DNA of 63,866 bases, counting the filler, from Guillardia theta CCMP2712 (taxonomy: Eukaryota > Protista > Cryptophyta): NCBI RefSeq assembly GCF_000315625.1. It is 5 parts of 5 records of this genome, joined end to end, with 100 filler letters (N's around TTAATTAATTAA, not from the genome) between each part and the next. Parts side by side here need not be neighbours in the genome. Positions count along the whole stretch, not along the records: positions 30,722 to 54,267 come from NW_005434408.1; positions 54,368 to 58,221 come from NW_005434130.1; positions 58,322 to 62,421 come from NW_005434139.1; positions 62,522 to 63,866 come from NW_005434029.1; 1 more part is not named here. One strand, written 5' to 3'. Below are positions 52,493 to 63,866 of this stretch, one piece after another; the first letter of the stretch is position 1; each line of letters opens with the position of its first letter. The translations under genes were made by a program, and so were the position numbers. The notes under the pieces are model-generated. The model did not search any database, was not told the DNA's origin, and was given only the letters and a program-made list of their open reading frames with translations.

Positions 52493-54267
52493 GGTGGTGA
52501 TGATGATGATGATGATGATGAGAGGGGAGAGGGAGAGGGGAAGTGGAGGAGAAGGACTGCTACCAGGACGAGGATGGTAGAGGGAAGAGTTCGGAGGGGG
52601 GTTGGGAGGTAAAGGGGAAAGGGGAGGAGCAAGAGGAGGAAGAGGGGGAGCAGACAGGAGAAGGAGGGGAGGGAGCTGGGGAGGAAGGAGATTGAAGAGC
52701 AGGAGGAGGGAGGGAGATGAGAAGCTCTCGAGCCCTTGACGTCTGCCGTAGGTTCGTGAGCAGTCTCGGGAAGCAGAGGATCAAGTGGGTATCAGCTGGA
52801 TGGAACTTCACGGGGGCAGTCACTGAGGAGGGGAGGCTGTACATGTGGGGTGACAACTCCCTGCTCCAGCTGGGACTGGGCAGGGCAGCTCCTCGCCAGC
52901 TGAGCCCGACAAGGATCATGTTCGATCCGCACGAGGGAGCTGGGGAGGAGCTGGAGATCGAGGGGGTGGCGTGCGGGTTCGGACACGCCTGCTGCTGGAC
53001 GAGGGAGGGAGGAGGATGGAGCTGGGGGTTCGGGGTGCGGGGCCAGCTCGGGCATGGCGACCTGCTCAGTCAGAGCATCCCTAAGTGGATCAAGGGAGAG
53101 CTGGAGGAGGAGAGAGTGAGAAGGATGCTGTGTGGGGGCCAGTTCACTGTGGCACTGACCGAGGGGGGGAGGGTGTACGCGTGGGGGAGCGGGAGCAAGA
53201 GGAGAATGGGGAGCGGGAGGGAGGAGGACGTGCTGGTACCGACTCTGGTGGACTTGAAGGGATGCGAGGCCAGGCAGGTAGCGGTGTGCGAGGACAGGAT
53301 GGTCGCGTTCGCTCCGGCTACCATCTTCAAGCTCGAGCCGGACTGCGGCCCAGTCGGAGGAGGGACGCAGGTGCGGGTGAGGGGGAACGGGTTCTTTCAG
53401 ACCGACAGGATCAGGATATCACTCTCCTTCCCGCTTCCTGCGACGAAGGGAGAGGAGGAAGAGGGGGGAGAGAGGAAGGCCAGGGAGGAGGTCTTCTTGT
53501 GCAGGGGAGTTTTCGATCCGTCCTGCGGGCTCATTGTTTTCGATACCCCCCGCATGTCGCGCACTGCAACCTGCAGGGTTGAAGTCTCGATGGACGACGG
53601 CAACAACTTCACCTCCTCCTCCTCCTCCTCCTCCTCCTTCTCCTTCTACTCCCTCCCCCTCCTCTCCTCCGTCGACCCTGCGATGCGTCTCGCCGACGGC
53701 AACCTGCCGCTGCTGTTGCGAGGCCAGGGGCTCCGACCCGCCTCCTCCTCCTTCGCCAAGGTCCGAATGATCAACAGCCAGAGCAAGCAGGTGGTTACGG
53801 TGGAGGGCAAGTGGAGGGAGGAGGAGGAGGCGATAGAGTTCCTCTCCCCCAGCATGCTGCCAGGAGCGGCGACGATCGAGCTCGCGCTCAACGGCCAGCA
53901 GTACGTTACTTCCCAGCTTGCCGTCACCTACTACCTTATGCCGGAGGTGCTGGACCTGGTCCCGGACTGCTGCCCTTCAGCTGGGGGGAGCTAAGGGTAC
54001 ACCTGAAGAACCCCCACCCCCACCTCCTCGTCCGCCTCCGCCTGCCCTCCAAGAAGGAGCTTCTCCTCCAGATCCAGCAGCTGGAAGTCTCCCAGGACGA
54101 CCCCAGCAGGGGTCAGCAGTGGTCAAGATCCCCCAGGTGGAGGAGGAGGGGCCGGTCGAGCTGGCAGTGTCAGTGGACGGCTCCTCCTTCGCAGCTGCTC
54201 GGAACAGCGTCATCCTCTTCAAGCCCCTCCAGCCCTCCCTCCCCATCTCCTCTTGCTCCCTCGCCGG
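51700..54267 (+). CDS. RCC1-repeat plus IPT/TIG domain protein, multi-exon, 3'-truncated
   Basis: MACGEYHSVCLTEEGDMYAWGRGSDGQLGLG and further RCC1 repeats, then KLEPDCGPVGGGTQVRVRGNGF (IPT/TIG); apparent frameshifts after ~53990 near the contig end. Confidence 0.85.
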
Positions 54268-54367
54268 NNNNNNNNNNNNNNNNNNNNNNNNNNNNNNNNN
54301 NNNNNNNNNNNTTAATTAATTAANNNNNNNNNNNNNNNNNNNNNNNNNNNNNNNNNNNNNNNNNNNN
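54268..54367. other. Artificial contig-joining linker
   Basis: TTAATTAATTAA at 54312-54323 within Ns. Confidence 0.97.
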
Positions 54368-54577
54368 TCTCTTCTCTCAACCCTCCTCTTTCAACAGGAT
54401 TTTTCTTGCTTCAAAATTCTTAGCATTCCTTCAAAATGGCTCATCCTCCTCTCCTCACTCTTCGAACCTCCTCCGTCCGCGCGCGCCGCCTCGAGCGCCT
54501 TCAGCTCACTGTCACTTCACTCGGACACATCAGCATCAGCATCAGCATCAGCATCAGCATCAGCATCAGCATCAGCA

Positions 54578-54578
54578 T

Positions 54579-54621
<43 letters not shown>

Positions 54622-54622
54622 T

Positions 54623-54665
<43 letters not shown>

Positions 54666-55420
54666 TCAGCAGCAGCTCTCACCGTAGCGTATGCCCTGTG
54701 CTCCCGGCCCTCCTCGCCCCACGTGCGGGCCTGCGGCAATGTCAGATCATACCACACCCCTTCGCCCATACCTGGCATACCCGCAGACCCTGCTCCTGCT
54801 CCTGCTCCTGCTAGTACTCCTCCTTCTCCTGCTCTCGCTCCACCGTCCTGTCTGTCCAGCGGTCTAGCGGGGGTGACCGTGCTTCGGACACGAGGACGGG
54901 AGCTCCCACGGGCAGCCATGGAGCGCTGGTTGTACCCGTCGATCGGACCAGCAGGGTGAAGAGCTCCGACATAGCTGGGGGGCTCCTGGAAGTGCATGGG
55001 GTCAGCCCCCAGCTGGTGAGGAGCTGTTGGGCCACCAGCCACGGCCTTCATCCTCATGAGACCCCGAGTTGCTTCCTGATGATCTACCGCCACCTGCTGC
55101 GGCTGATATGGCAGCCCTTGCTGGAAGTGCTGCTGCTGCTGAAAGTGCTGCTGCTGGTGCTGCTGCTGTAGCTGCTGGTGCTGCAGCTGGTGTAGCTGTT
55201 GCATCTGGTGCTGCTGCTGGTAGTGCTGTGGCTGCTGGTAGTGCTGCTGAACTTGCGGGTGCTGTTGGTAGATCTGACGAGTCTGATTCTGAGGGTGGTT
55301 CTGGAATGCACCTTGTTGATACCCAAGGTGCTGCTGGGAATGCTGCTGGACATTCTGCTGAAAGTGCAGCTGGTGCTGGTGCTGGTGCTGGTGCTGGTGT
55401 GAATGGTGCTGCTGCTGTTG

Positions 55421-55456
<36 letters not shown>

Positions 55457-55544
55457 ATAGTGTTGCTGCTTAGGGTGATGTTGGGCGTTGCTTTGATTTT
55501 CCCGCCTCTGCCTCTGCATCTGCTGCGAATTAATATTCATCATG

Positions 55545-55584
<40 letters not shown>

Positions 55585-55617
55585 TGTGGTGCAGTTGTTG
55601 AAGTTGCTGTTGACGGA

Positions 55618-55657
<40 letters not shown>

Positions 55658-58178
55658 AGCGCGCTGCTGTTGTTGAAAGCTCATGTACTGCTGCTGGTGC
55701 TGTCTAGAAGATGCTGCGAAACCGGACCTGGCAGTCTCGGCCTGACCTCGCTGCTCACCTTGACTTGGATGCCTTGGCTGAGGACGGGCTGACCTGTTCC
55801 CCTCAGGTACCGGGGGACCCCTCCTCACCTGAGGAGAGGCAAACTTTCCTCGACCTCTCGTCACTGCAGCAGCAGCGGCGGCGGCGAGAGCGTCAGTGTC
55901 GTGGTCAGGTAAGAGCTCCGCTCCCTTGGGGGTCTTGTGACATAACCTGCGCGCACGTCAGCGGCTTCATCAAGAGGAGGAGAGTGTCAACTCACTTGCG
56001 GAAGTCTCCCGTCCGACTCATCACCTCGTGGGCCCGGAGGAACTCAACTTTGACTGTCTTGACGGATCGATCGGTCAGGGATCGCGCGACGTTGTCCTTA
56101 GGGTCGAACGGATCTTCGATGCACATGTGCGGGGGATGTTTGTGCTTGAACTGAGACTTGTCCGCATCCTTCAAGTTTCCCTCGCGCACACAGACGCAGT
56201 GCTTGTCAAGATCGAGCTTCACAGCAATGAAGTGCAAGAACTGAACAAGGAGCTGCTCCACCGAGCTGGTGTTGGCCTCACCATACCCGACCAGATGGGC
56301 GATGTCGTCATGATCGGGTCCATTACAGCCGTGGTAACGGATTTCCAGGTTGTCAACCACAGCGACTGGCTCTGGGATCTCGTACCGGTTGCCCTTGAAC
56401 TCGATCACTGCACTCTGAAGGTTGGGGAAGACTGGGGGCGAGCAGACCTGGAGGAACTGGATGATCAGCAGCGTGTACCCGAAGGAGTTGAGAGTGTGAG
56501 CAGCCGCATCATTGATCGCCCTCGCCTTCGCCCAGGTCTTGACAAGCGCCACGAGCTTCTGGAAGCGACTGTCGATCTTGACGTAGGAGCGAAGCAAAGC
56601 ATCCTTGTACAGGCTGAGGTCGTTCTGCATCGAGATGTCGCAGTGGACGCCCGACGTCTGGTCTGAGATCTTCACGATCGGAACTCTCGAGTGGATCACG
56701 GCCCAGACCGAGAGGTTCTTGGAGTTCTCCCGTCGAAGTTTCTTGCTGAATTCCAGGAGGATGGTCTTCTTGTCGATGACCTGGCCAGGCTCTTCGTCGT
56801 CGTCATCCACGTGGCCGTCATGATCTACGATAACGTCATCGTCGTTGTCGTCTGCTTCCTGCTCTCCATCACTACGATTGTTCTCCATCGCAGGTGTGCC
56901 GTTCCCCTCGGTGCTCTCGGGCCCTCCTTCCTCTTTGGTCTTGTTGGGGCACTGCTCCGCCGTGTGCCCGCTGGCCTTGCATCGGCTGCAAACAGGCTTG
57001 TCCGATCCCTTCCTGGGCTTCAGCATGTACTCATGCGGGATTTCTCCGTGGATTCTCAGTGTCAAGTCCATGTCGGAGTTGGGAGTGTCAAGATTGGCTG
57101 AGATGGAGCCGAACTTGAGAAGTTCAACAGGCCCGAAGTTCTTCTTCTTGAAGAACGACTGGGCGAACTCTGACAGGAAGGACAGCACTCGGTTCCTGTC
57201 CTCCTTCACACCGGGCGGCACCGCCAGCCTCTGTAGGTAAGGCTTGATCGTCTGCCGCAAGACCTCCAAGTTCGGCTCTGAAACAGTCTCACCGGTAGAC
57301 CAGACCGGCGGATCCTCAAACGACGGCTGGAAGTTCTTCTCCCACTCGTACACCTTGACCAGCATGTCGAGGACCGGCAGGATGGGCTTGTCTCCGAACG
57401 GCTCACTCTGCAGGAGAAGCATGCCCAGCGCATCTCGCAGCAGCTTGCTGATCTGTTGGCACTCAAGACAGAGCTCCACAGCCACCTTCTCGTCGAGAGC
57501 GGCACTCTGCCCTCCGTCCTGGTCCTCTTTCGCTGAACCATCGTCATGCTCGCGCTCAAGTCCTGCCTTGATCATCTGAGCAATCTTCTCCTCGATCGTC
57601 GGCTCTGCCTGCACAAAGAAGGCCTTGATGTGCTCGAACAACTTCCTTGTGTTGACAGCCTGCTTGGAACCCTCCTCGCGGCGCATCGTCTCAACGAGCA
57701 TACTGCGGGTTCGTTCGAACATTGAGACCTCCTTTGCCTTGGGCTTCTGAGCAGAGCTATTAGGATCCGGTCTCTTAGCTGGCGACTCCTTGAGCAGCGA
57801 GAGTTTCACAGTAGCCTTCCCGTCCTCGTCCACAGTGATCTTTACCTCTGCTAACTTGCCCGAGGCTGCAGAGACTGACAGGCTTGAAGCCTCGCCATCG
57901 TTAAGCTGGCGGGCCATGTCCTCTCCTCTCCCTTTCCTTCCTTTTGTGGGGGCTACAGCCCTTTGCTCGCTCTGTTCGTTCCTCCCCGGTGGATGTTGAA
58001 ATTTACCCCGTCCCCCTCGGAATCCCCCCCTCCCTCTCTTGACCTGATCTGAAACATTCTTAGGTGCTTGCATGACGATTCTGCTTGACACCCTTGGATT
58101 TCTAGTCGTCGATTGATCCTGGCTGACCAGATCTCCAGCTTTCCTCTCCCCTTCAGCTTTGTTCACACCACCTTTCAC
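54578..58178 (-). CDS. Cid1/GLD-2/TUTase-family terminal nucleotidyltransferase with a CCHC knuckle and a spliced C-terminal Q/H-rich domain
   Basis: FGS...SDMDL, RVPIVKI, CDIS, KTWAK...LNSFGYTLLIIQFLQ and IEDPF.....NVAR motifs; CSRCKASGHTAEQC knuckle. A 49-nt GTGAGT...CTGAC...CAG intron (55947-55995) joins in frame to the polyQ ORF. 5' exon(s) are off-contig and the 3' end is approximate. Confidence 0.88.
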
Positions 58179-58221
58179 CTACGGTTGATTGCTTGTCCAC
58201 CACAGCCACCTCGTTTCTTCT

Positions 58222-58321
58222 NNNNNNNNNNNNNNNNNNNNNNNNNNNNNNNNNNNNNNNNNNNNTTAATTAATTAANNNNNNNNNNNNNNNNNNNNNNN
58301 NNNNNNNNNNNNNNNNNNNNN
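58222..58321. other. Artificial contig-joining linker
   Basis: TTAATTAATTAA at 58266-58277 within Ns. Confidence 0.97.
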
Positions 58322-58495
58322 TGATAAGGACAATGTATGAGACTTGCGCAGAAGAATGTGCAAACACTTCCACACGACGGTGAGTGTGCACGATTCCACA
58401 TACACAAGAATGCTGCGCAGAAGTATCTACCAATTTCTTGTTTAACCACTCTTTTGATGAATGAGGATCAAGATCGGGGGACTAGATGATAAGCA

Positions 58496-61400
58496 CTCCG
58501 GACACTTAGCCTCCTGGCGGGCCTCCAGGGGGTCTGAGGCGGGGCTGAAGGCTGCAGTCGGTCTACTGACCGGCCCGGCCGGCAGGATCCGTCGAGAAAC
58601 AGGGGGGTCAAGGGAGGTTTTCTTCCCCCTGGGAGAAATGTCCTATGGGTTTTTGGATCTGCGATATAAAAAAGTCTTGTCTCGGTCACGTGATGTGTCA
58701 CGTGACCGGTCAGGTGAGCCTGTCAGCCGGGTCACGGCCCCTGTCAGCCGGCTGACATGTCACGGGCCTGCTGACACGGTCCGCTGACCGGTCACGGCCG
58801 CCCGGAGAGATCAGGCCCCCGGCCAATCTCCGGACACTTAGCCTCCTGGCGGGCCTCCAGGGGGTCTGAGGCGGGGCTGAAGGCTGCAGTCGGTCTACTG
58901 ACGGGCCCGGCCGGCAGGATCCGTCGAGAAACAGGGGGGTCAAGGGAGGTTTTCTTCCCCCTGGGAGAAATGTCCTATGGGTTTTTGGATCTGCGATATA
59001 AAAAAGTCTTGTCTCGGTCACGTGATGTGTCACGTGACCGGTCAGGTGAGCCTGTCAGCCGGGTCACGGACCCTGTCAGCCGGCTGACATGTCACGGGCC
59101 TGCTGACACGGTCCGCTGACCGGTCACGGCCGCCCGGAGAGATCACATTCTGGGGTCAAACCGCGTTGGTCTTTATTAACGCAAAAGAGGAATGCGTATG
59201 CTGTTCTCATAGGATACCGGTGGTAGTGTACCCCATGGTTTTTGAGGGGTGTTGCTCGGTAATATGAGTGGTAGGGGTGCTTCAAATTTTGAACTGGCGT
59301 GTCCATTTGTTTTAACGGCAATGAATTGTTTATTCGAATCCGTGGTACAAACAGTTGTACTGAGTAACGGTTCATAACTGCTGATTTGTACCATCTAAAA
59401 CAATTTTGATGACCCACCCTATCAATGATGGTGGGGAAACGCTCTCCATCATTCCCATCGTCTAATCGCACTCCGAGCCGTCATGCTGAGCCGCCGGCGA
59501 GCACAGCAGCAAGGTCAGCGAGCTGCNNNNNNNNNNNNNNNNNNNNNNNNNNNNNNNNNNNNNNNNNNNNNNNNNNNNNNNNNNNNNNNNNNNNNNNNNN
59601 NNNNNNNNNNNNNNNNNNNNNNNNNNATCAAGAATCCAGCACATATTCTGACATGGTGATCTTGTAGAAGTGGATCAAGGCTGCATGAGTTCGTCATCCT
59701 ACATTTCCAACGACTAAGTCAATCGTATCATCAATTTTCTCTTCAAGACTTCTGGGCTCTCAGAGTAATGTACTTTATCTGAAAAGTGAACTGAATAAAA
59801 TAATCTGTAAGATAATGACGAGTCCGCTTAATTAAGGTGCAATCACATCTCACTTGACTCCCTCCTCGGCACGGCAAATCTTCTGTACGCTTCGATACAT
59901 CGTTGCTTCACATCATCAGAACAACTTTGATGACTTCTGATTCTTTGAAATATGCCAATTACTTGACTCTCACGACGCTCTTGTTGATTCTTCCCTCCTC
60001 TCTTTAAACTCTCCTCATTCAGGTTATTTGCATGTTTGCATATTTGCTGAAATACATCAACTTTGCTTTGCTTCCCTAATCCAATTAAGCCTCAGATCAT
60101 ATCAGGGATCAAGACTCAAGCTTGTAAGCGGGCATGCAAGAATCCATTGTGCGTTGCAACCAGACTGACATTAATGTAGAATCAAGGTTGGAGGTGATAT
60201 CTGATTTGACATTTATTATTCATTCGAAGCGTTTATCTCAGGATGTCGAACTATCAGCAAATTGACACGGACTCCCAGACAATGATAATGACAACCACAA
60301 TGTCATATGGAACTTCTCCAACTGCGCGCACAACAGAATGGAAGCACATGCTGTACGTGCACTGCCATCCAACACCGTGCGGTTGAGTTTGCTGTCTTGA
60401 AGAGGATTCAATCTTGTTTGTCACAAAGAGGCAAGGCTTTGAGCATGTGGACATGGATATATACAAGACTATGCATCTTCACAAAGTGTTTTTAAGTCAT
60501 GCAACAAGAGATGCATCATTCAAAGGCGGAGAAGTTCAAACATGATCTGAACAAGTCATGTGGCACAGTGAAGCATCTCTCATAAATATGATATTCCATC
60601 CAGCACATGAAGATGAAAGTCTGCATGGAATAAAGGTCTTGGACTTTTGTAATACGCTTCAGCTACAAGCATGCAGAATCTAGTTCTCAACATCGCCAGG
60701 CTTTTGCTACCTGTGCACAACGATTAGAAAATGAACAATCCACAGAAGAACTCCATACCTGTGTGATGGAACGAGTTTATTTGCACCTTCTCCTCTCACA
60801 AAATACTTTGGAGTCTCTTCATGCTCGTGTGTGTTCGTGGTTTACTCGTCCCCTTCCATTGATGCGTTCAAAAATATGATCCAGACTTTGAAACAGATTA
60901 TGGCATAATAACATTTTCACCAACCGACGCAGAGGGTTTGACGAAGAGAGATGTTGATGAGAGTCACCTGCTGCGAGTCACTGCAACTTGGGCTAACATG
61001 CTCGCACAAAACTCAGACACTGAAGACAAGGATCCGCAGAGAAGAGCTTCGCGATATGAGAGAAGAATGGCGAGGGAAGACGCACTGGGGTAGTTGGTGA
61101 AGGCGTGTAGAATTAAAACATTTTAGAAGGTACCAGGAAACGATAAGCTAAACATCCAAAATTACTTTTAATCACAGTTTTGAACATGGTTTGAATTTCA
61201 ACAGTACAGAATTTCAACCTGCGCGAATCACACGCCGTGTACCCCCATTTTCCCATGCACCACCCCCTTGAAAATATGGGACGAGAACCAACGCGGTTTG
61301 ACCCCAGAATGTCAGGCCCCCGGCCAATCTCCGGACACTTAGCCTCCTGGCGGGCCTCCAGGGGGTCTGAGGCGGGGCTGAAGGCTGCAGTCGGTCTACT

Positions 61401-61762
61401 GACCGGCCCGGCCGGCAGGATCCGTCGAGAAACAGGGGGGTCAAGGGAGGTTTTCTTCCCCCTGGGAGAAATGTCCTATGGGTTTTTGGATCTGCGATAT
61501 AAAAAAGTCTTGTCTCGGTCACGTGATGTGTCACGTGACCGGTCAGGTGAGCCTGTCAGCCGGGTCACGGACCCTGTCAGCCGGCTGACATGTCACGGGC
61601 CTGCTGACACGGTCCGCTGACCGGTCACGGCCGCCCGGAGAGATCAGGCCCCCGGCCAATCTCCGGACACTTAGCCTCCTGGCGGGCCTCCAGGGGGTCT
61701 GAGGCGGGGCTGAAGGCTGCAGTCGGTCTACTGACGGGCCCGGCCGGCAGGATCCGTCGAGA
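58496..61762. repeat. ~332-bp tandem satellite (~3.3 near-identical copies) interrupted by a transposon
   Basis: Unit starts CTCCGGACACTTAGCC at 58496, 58828, 61329 and 61661. Confidence 0.93.
59146..61311. mobile_element. Non-autonomous or decayed cut-and-paste DNA transposon, 25-bp perfect TIRs, 3-bp TSD TCA
   Basis: CATTCTGGGGTCAAACCGCGTTGGT (59146-59170) and its reverse complement (61287-61311); TCA at 59143-59145 and 61312-61314; the empty site GAGATCAGGCCCC is present in uninterrupted satellite copies. Confidence 0.9.
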
Positions 61763-62421
61763 GCGTTGCTTTTCCGGCCGGGCGCTCATAGGAAAAATTG
61801 GCAATATTTTTTTTTTTTCGAAGGACCTGAGGGGTCCCTTCATTCCATGCCAATTGGGAGTACCCTCCTTTGAGAAGTCATGTGGGAGGGTAGTCGCTCT
61901 CATGAAAATCGTTGCTGTGCAGGGCCAAAGAGGGGTAGGGTGATTTGAATTTGGTGGCGTGGACACCTCACCACGCCAAACCAATGTAAAAGTACGCATT
62001 TTAGGAGTATCTGTGGTACCAACTTAAAATTGCAGCTCTTACATGGTACAAAATGAGGGCCAAACTGGTCGGAACTTCGACTTCCGAGAACCCCTCCATT
62101 TGACTGTTGTTGGGGGGTGGGGTAGGCATGGAGCACCCTCAACCACCCACCTTTGAAAGAATTTGAAACTGCGTAATAGGGGGTGGGGGGTAGCCCCCTT
62201 TTCTCATTCCCCAAGCCCCCTCTCCCTGGACGAGCAAGAGGCGATGAAATGGTGCCTTCCTGACTCGCGAGGATGAACCTTGATATTGAGAGACTTCGAA
62301 TCCAACCCAACTGAGCTAGCCATGAGATGAAGATCTCATATCACATCTGTAAGAGATGATCGAGCTTCTTTCTCAACTCTGCAGGTTGGGCCAAGGTTTG
62401 ATCATCCAGCGTGTAATGTAA

Positions 62422-62521
62422 NNNNNNNNNNNNNNNNNNNNNNNNNNNNNNNNNNNNNNNNNNNNTTAATTAATTAANNNNNNNNNNNNNNNNNNNNNNN
62501 NNNNNNNNNNNNNNNNNNNNN
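62422..62521. other. Artificial contig-joining linker
   Basis: TTAATTAATTAA at 62466-62477 within Ns. Confidence 0.97.
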
Positions 62522-62863
62522 GGCCATGGCATTGCTGATGCGGTTCTGTCAATATACTCCAAGGGATTGGTCTGTCAAAACAAGATGGCAGAGCAGGCAG
62601 CCCGGGGATGCTGAAGATGAAGACGACGATNNNNNNNNNNNNNNNNNNNNNNNNNNNNNNNNNNNNNNNNNNNNNNNNNNNNNNNNNNNNNNNNNNNNNN
62701 NNNNNNNNNNNNNNNNNNNNNNNNNNNNNNNNNNNNNNNNNNNNNNNNNNNNNNNNNNNNNNNNNNNNNNNNNNNNNNNNNNNNNGTAGGCGAGCTGTAG
62801 TAGCGTTGTAGGCATGGGGGAGATGTGATTTGCTTTTATTATAGTACATGCCTATGCCAGCTC

Positions 62864-63244
62864 CTACTCCCTCATGCACGCCCCTACCCGCTTGGCCTTG
62901 AACGTCTGCCCGAAGCTCGGCTGCAGCATCTTCCGTCGGTCGAAGCCTCCGCTCGTGTAGCCGCAAGCCGGCGGGTCGGCCGCTGCAGGCCTGGCAGAGT
63001 CGGGCTGCGGCCTCGTCGCCTCCTCCAGGTCGTCGGCGAGGACGAGCTGCACCAGCGCCGCCGCCAGCACCAGCACCACGAAGCCGAGGTGACCGAGACG
63101 GCTGAGGGAGACAGACAGGACGTGGAGGGAGGAGACCGAGAGGGAGGAGGAAGCAGGGGCAGCGGACTCGAGGGCGAGGAGGAGATCAGCGGGGAGGGGA
63201 GAGAGAGGACGCCAGTCGTGGGAGGTAGGGCAGGCAGCCGTCAT
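62864..63244 (-). CDS. Possible exon of a membrane or secreted host protein
   Basis: Hydrophobic segment LGFVVLVLAAALVQLVLA followed by a soluble stretch; fragmentary. Confidence 0.3.
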   Translation of the reverse strand: MTAACPTSHDWRPLSPLPADLLLALESAAPASSSLSVSSLHVLSVSLSRLGHLGFVVLVLAAALVQLVLADDLEEATRPQPDSARPAAADPPACGYTSGGFDRRKMLQPSFGQTFKAKRVGACMRE

Positions 63245-63866
63245 GTCGAGAAGAAGAAGAGTAGTGCGATGGGTTGGAGGAGAGGCAGGAGACAGGACCT
63301 TGTAGGCGATACGGGCAGTAGAGCTGAGCAGACAGAGCAGGTAGAGGAGGGAGGGAGATGTAGGGGCGGAGAGGGAACGTCAAGGTGTTATACAGCAAGC
63401 GAGAGCAGGGTGGAGAGTCAAAAGTACCACCCCTCCCCGCTGACGGTTGAATAAGGCTTTATTACGTTCCCTTGACCCGTACTGATCCATGTGTGAGAAA
63501 AGTACCGGTAGTAATCTGTTCTCTACTACCCTACCCACGGATTGAAAGGTCTCAAAATCCGTGTCACTGCAGTAGTAAACGCTTATCATACACCCCTACC
63601 CCCTCGTTCAATTCGTTTTCCCTGTCTTTCAGAGGCGAATGGAAAACGGAGGCCGGGAAGCGTTGAGGTCTTGAGGTCAAGGATTGGAATCGATGTGTTC
63701 TTTTTGTTCTTGGCCCAACAATCTTGAGATCGGAGGCCAGAAAGCGGTGCGTTCTTGAGGCGGCTAATTCTCGGAGTCCAGACCAGCCCGACTAGGGGGC
63801 TTATGGGCTGACCTAACCTTGACCTTGACCTTAGCCCTCTGGTACAAATGCTTTAGTTAATAAATG

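Noticed and set aside
53990-54267. Programmed frameshifting in the RCC1/IPT gene
   Set aside because: The shifts sit at G homopolymers near a contig end and are most simply sequencing errors.
58461-59033. Repeated short ORFs (MTHHVTETRLF...) as a gene family
   Set aside because: They are incidental frames of the 332-bp satellite unit.
63810-63838. Telomere-like CCTAA/CCTTGA repeats
   Set aside because: Only about four degenerate units followed by unrelated sequence; too short to call.

Overview
The window is five assembly pieces joined by artificial N-TTAATTAATTAA-N linkers (30622-30721, 54268-54367, 58222-58321, 62422-62521), so nothing can be inferred across those joins. Piece 1 (1-30621) is gene-dense, apparently intronless and looks like part of a large eukaryotic dsDNA virus (mirusvirus- or giant-virus-like; no capsid or polymerase gene is visible, so this is inference). 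It encodes: an intact ~6,411-aa Cys-rich multi-pass membrane protein with clustered RxLL sites; a protein with the zinc-site pattern of the beta/gammaherpesvirus late-transcription factor UL92/ORF31; two tandem paralogues ending in an acidic WEEL (ATG8-binding LIR/AIM-type) motif; a frameshifted acyltransferase-3-like gene; and several unknown ORFs. It also holds a 435-bp inverted-repeat element with iterated 8-mers. Six genes share a GTATTT(A/G) TATT-type box 44-67 nt upstream of the ATG, while three others have canonical TATATAA. This suggests a herpes-like early/late promoter system in a protist-associated virus. Pieces 2-5 are intron- and microsatellite-rich eukaryotic host DNA (style suggests a cryptophyte such as Hanusia or Guillardia; inference). 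They contain a C14 caspase-like gene, an SMB/Cys-rich secreted protein, an RCC1+IPT protein, a Cid1/TUTase-like gene spliced to a polyQ tail, and a 332-bp satellite interrupted by a TIR transposon with a 3-bp TSD. A 47-bp minisatellite there varies mainly by palindrome-forming micro-insertions.
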